This document shows, in pieces, positions 62,423-64,000 of a stretch of DNA of 64,000 bases. The number at the start of each line of letters is the position of its first letter. Position 1 is the first letter of the stretch. The position numbers and the translations under genes were made by a program. The DNA is from Macrostomum lignano. Its lineage: Eukaryota. The stretch is taken from assembly GCA_002269645.1 (NCBI GenBank), contig NIVC01000896.1:1-64000 (forward strand), in the 5' to 3' direction. The notes beneath the pieces were generated by a model. That model was not told where the DNA came from, ran no database searches, and saw only the letters and a program-made list of their open reading frames with translations.

Positions 62423-62874
62423 AAATTTTAAGCTATTTTTAAAGAGAACTGAATGAAAGACAACGAAAAAATAAACACTGTGTCAACCAAAAAAAAGCGC
62501 CCGGTCGAAAATAAGACTCATCTGGATATGCTGAGATGTCAAGGCTTACGGTTGGGGTTTCTGGCAAATCAAGGCTAGTAAATTGCATTGCTGTCAAGTC
62601 TCGTCGAAATGATTACTGAAATGCTGTGGCTTTTGTGGGAATCGCTAAAATGTCAAGGCTCAAGGGTGTCAAGGGTGGGTGAACTGCCGAGTTGTTAGGT
62701 CTCATTGGGGGGAATATCTGGAATGCTTTGGCTCAAGGCTCATAGGGAGCTGCTGAGATGCCAACATGTGGAGAGTTACTGGGATGCTGTGAGCTTTCAG
62801 CAGGATTAGGGTTAAATCATAAAAGAATCCCCCTGTCGACTATGAAAGATCGACTCATGCATGGAGGAATTGCT

Positions 62875-63030
62875 ATTGCCCAGTGGTCCAGCGCGGATCT
62901 CTCATGTGCCAGCGGCCCTGGTTCGATTCCAAGCGCAGTCGGGGCTATATTGGAATCTCAGCCTTGGCTCTTCTCGTGCCATTAACGCCCTTGATGGCCA
63001 ACCCCCAAAAGCACAGTGAAGTGTACATTG
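62875..63030 (+). mobile_element. Probable tRNA-derived SINE (different family)
   Basis: A-box-like TTGCCCAGTGG and B box GGTTCGATTCC, no complete cloverleaf. Confidence 0.5.
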
Positions 63031-64000
63031 CTAGCGATAAATTAAATTAGCGCCGCTGTACACTCCTGTGTGAGTGTGTGCCTGCGTACGTATCCGCGCG
63101 CTTGTATATATGGGCTCAGGGGAGTCGGCGGAATGGGCAGTAATGCCTCTCGCCGGTTGTGTGCCAAAGGAGGGTTCAGCGAAAGTCAGGGTATAAGGCA
63201 ATGGCCTTTGAAACGATCGGCGGCCTCCATTGCACTCTACCCCTCTAATTCACACAGTTGTCTGCAAGCTGCGAGGCAATAAATATAACGATTCGGACAA
63301 AAAATCAGAGTCCTTTGCAGAAAAAACAGTTTTCCAAATTTTTAAAACACTGAGACTTGAATCAACAGACTAAATTTTAACTAAAAAATTCTTAAATCTT
63401 TTGCAGTAAAATAACAGAAGGAGTGCCAAACTAAACATGCTCAATTGCTAACACGTTTCGATGCAATCGTCATCTTCAGGGCACGCTGTAACAAACACAA
63501 CCTCAACAACCATATATTTATAATCATAATAGTAAAACAATAGACAATGATTTCTTTGCAAAGGATCATTGTCACAACACGCTGTGCAGTCTAACAAGTG
63601 ATAGTGGATAGCAGAACATTTTAGCGAATGTTCTCTAACCCAGTATGTAGGTGTCGCTTAGTTTTCCCTAAGCGACACCTAAGAGAAAACGCTCTTATCA
63701 GCTGAGCAACAAAATTGATAGATGACAGCACCCTTGAGAGAAAGAGTAACAAGTCTTTAGTCTGCTAGCAAAACGGCCAATCTTTTCAGTATACGGAACA
63801 CAATGCAAATCCGGCATTTAAGCAATTTAAGCATAAACAGGGCGAGAAGTTTCTCACATACTTTATATATGTATATACGAGTAAATCCAGAAACTTGTCG
63901 AGAAAATTCAGTTAGGCAAAGTACCACGGTAGAGCGACTAGTGCTCGTTCTGTGGTCGTTCCATAGCGCTAAACATGGTTTCGACACAGGCGAATTCCAG

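Larger units (their letters stand above)
58200..62830. repeat. Region of degenerate gccttgacatctcagc.attcccc modules with inverted counterparts at ~62530-62830
   Basis: Modules at ~58230-58600, ~59925-60030 and ~60355-60850; reverse-complement modules (gctgagatgtcaaggct) near 62530-62790. Confidence 0.55.

Overview
Eukaryotic, intron-containing and repeat-rich animal DNA. Gene types, GT-AG introns and the transposon spectrum resemble a free-living flatworm such as Macrostomum; this is inference only. There is no prokaryotic operon, rRNA or CRISPR array. Host genes: (1) a tandem + strand cluster of two-exon secreted WSC + PAN/apple-like genes (599-1829, 3828-6988, pseudogene ~14008-15508, 16155-23322, plus an inverted orphan 3' fragment at 38167-38262); (2) a 320-aa secreted protein of unknown family with GH12-like motifs (27382-28471) and a truncated paralog (~32491-33193); (3) a 4-exon, 914-aa ankyrin-repeat + Mab-21/cGAS-like receptor (cGLR) nucleotidyltransferase (41084-46944); (4) two decayed paralogs of a small secreted-protein gene on the - strand (~51980-52350, 54258-54618). 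Most of the rest is mobile DNA: a full-length Mag-clade Ty3/Gypsy element with LTRs, PBS, PPT and TSD inside a WSC-gene intron, a PIF/Harbinger element, solo LTRs, a non-autonomous LTR element with a fold-back LTR, Ngaro/DIRS, Polinton polB and Crypton fragments, RNase H-bearing LINEs, an RTE fragment, SINEs, MITEs, micro/minisatellites and telomere-like repeats. Several frameshifts are single-base contractions of short homopolymers and may be long-read errors. All domain calls are by-eye motif recognition; no searches were run.
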